A DNA stretch of 63,653 bases, the filler included, from Asterionella formosa (taxonomy: Eukaryota): the NCBI GenBank assembly GCA_002256025.1. It is 22 parts of 22 records of this genome, joined end to end, with 100 filler letters (N's around TTAATTAATTAA, not from the genome) between each part and the next. Parts side by side here need not be neighbours in the genome. Positions count along the whole stretch, not along the records: positions 60,863 to 63,653 come from NKIB01014821.1; 21 more parts are not named here. One strand, written 5' to 3'. The translations under genes and the position numbers were made by a program. Under the pieces are notes generated by a model. The model was not told the DNA's origin and made no database searches. It saw nothing but the letters and a program-made list of their open reading frames with translations. Shown one piece after another: positions 63,165-63,653 of this stretch. Within the stretch, counting starts at the first letter, position 1. Each line of letters begins with the position of its first letter.

Positions 63165-63653
63165 TCGGAGTAATAAGCAAGCAACAGAACATCATTTGTC
63201 TATAACTGCTGCTACTGCCTTATCAGAACGTCGTTCTCGCTTAGCACAAATTAAATCAAACCATCAATTGTCACAAAGGTTGTGAGTTTTATTTTCAAGA
63301 CCAAGAAGTTTTCCTGTGAACATGTAAGTTTGATGTTATAATTCGTGAATTGCAGGTACTGTAAAACAGAATATCAATTTAATTTTCTTTTTTTTCTGCT
63401 CCCAAAAGAGAATCAAACATCCCGCCCTATCTGGTCCAAGTAGTATGAAAGGCATTTCCGATCACAAACAGGATTGGTTTTTCCAATGTTGCCTAACTTG
63501 GCTATACACAGTGAAACCAGGGGTGATAGGCAAAGAAGTGGAGAGTGACCCAGAGCTTGCCGATTTCATGTGGAATGGTTCTGATGCACTACTTCCAATG
63601 AATCAGACCATTGAACGTACCAACAAGGCATGTTTAGATTACATCAAATCAAC
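63165..63653 (+). pseudogene. Homolog of the unknown gene at 7515-8616, with an intron at 63324-63408
   Basis: After the intron: RIKHPALSGPSSMKGISDHKQDWFFQCCLTWL.../VIGKEVESDPELADFMWNG, with a frameshift. Confidence 0.55.

Overview
This is not a contiguous locus. It is 22 unlinked draft-assembly contigs of about 2.8 kb (2806 down to 2791 bp, sorted by size), joined by 21 artificial 100-bp linkers (N44-TTAATTAATTAA-N44). The DNA is eukaryotic and AT-rich, most likely from a diatom. That inference rests on CoDi-like Ty1/Copia elements, diatom-type Gypsy gag, GT-AG introns of about 86 nt and diatom-style LRR-TM and ARM families. Most of the content is transposon debris: five Copia pieces, three Gypsy pieces, one GC-rich LINE, DDE_Tnp_4 and pogo transposase pseudogenes, TIR/MITE elements and tRNA-headed SINE candidates. 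Host-like genes are a PAP2 phosphatase, a type-I membrane protein, a secreted Pro/Thr/Ser mucin-like protein, two ARM-repeat paralogs and LRR pseudogenes. The most notable observations are: (1) a Copia element with a perfect 12-nt self-complementary primer site instead of a tRNA PBS; (2) a Zn-finger plus ARM-repeat family with near-identical repeat scaffolds but hypervariable residues; (3) a covarying twin-hairpin LTR motif associated with TTAGGG; (4) an unknown intron-containing gene family tied to a TGATCA-rich repeat; (5) TTAA-flanked Kolobok-like elements; (6) a PAP2 gene whose stop codon comes from an LTR end. All alignments were made by eye and no database searches were run.
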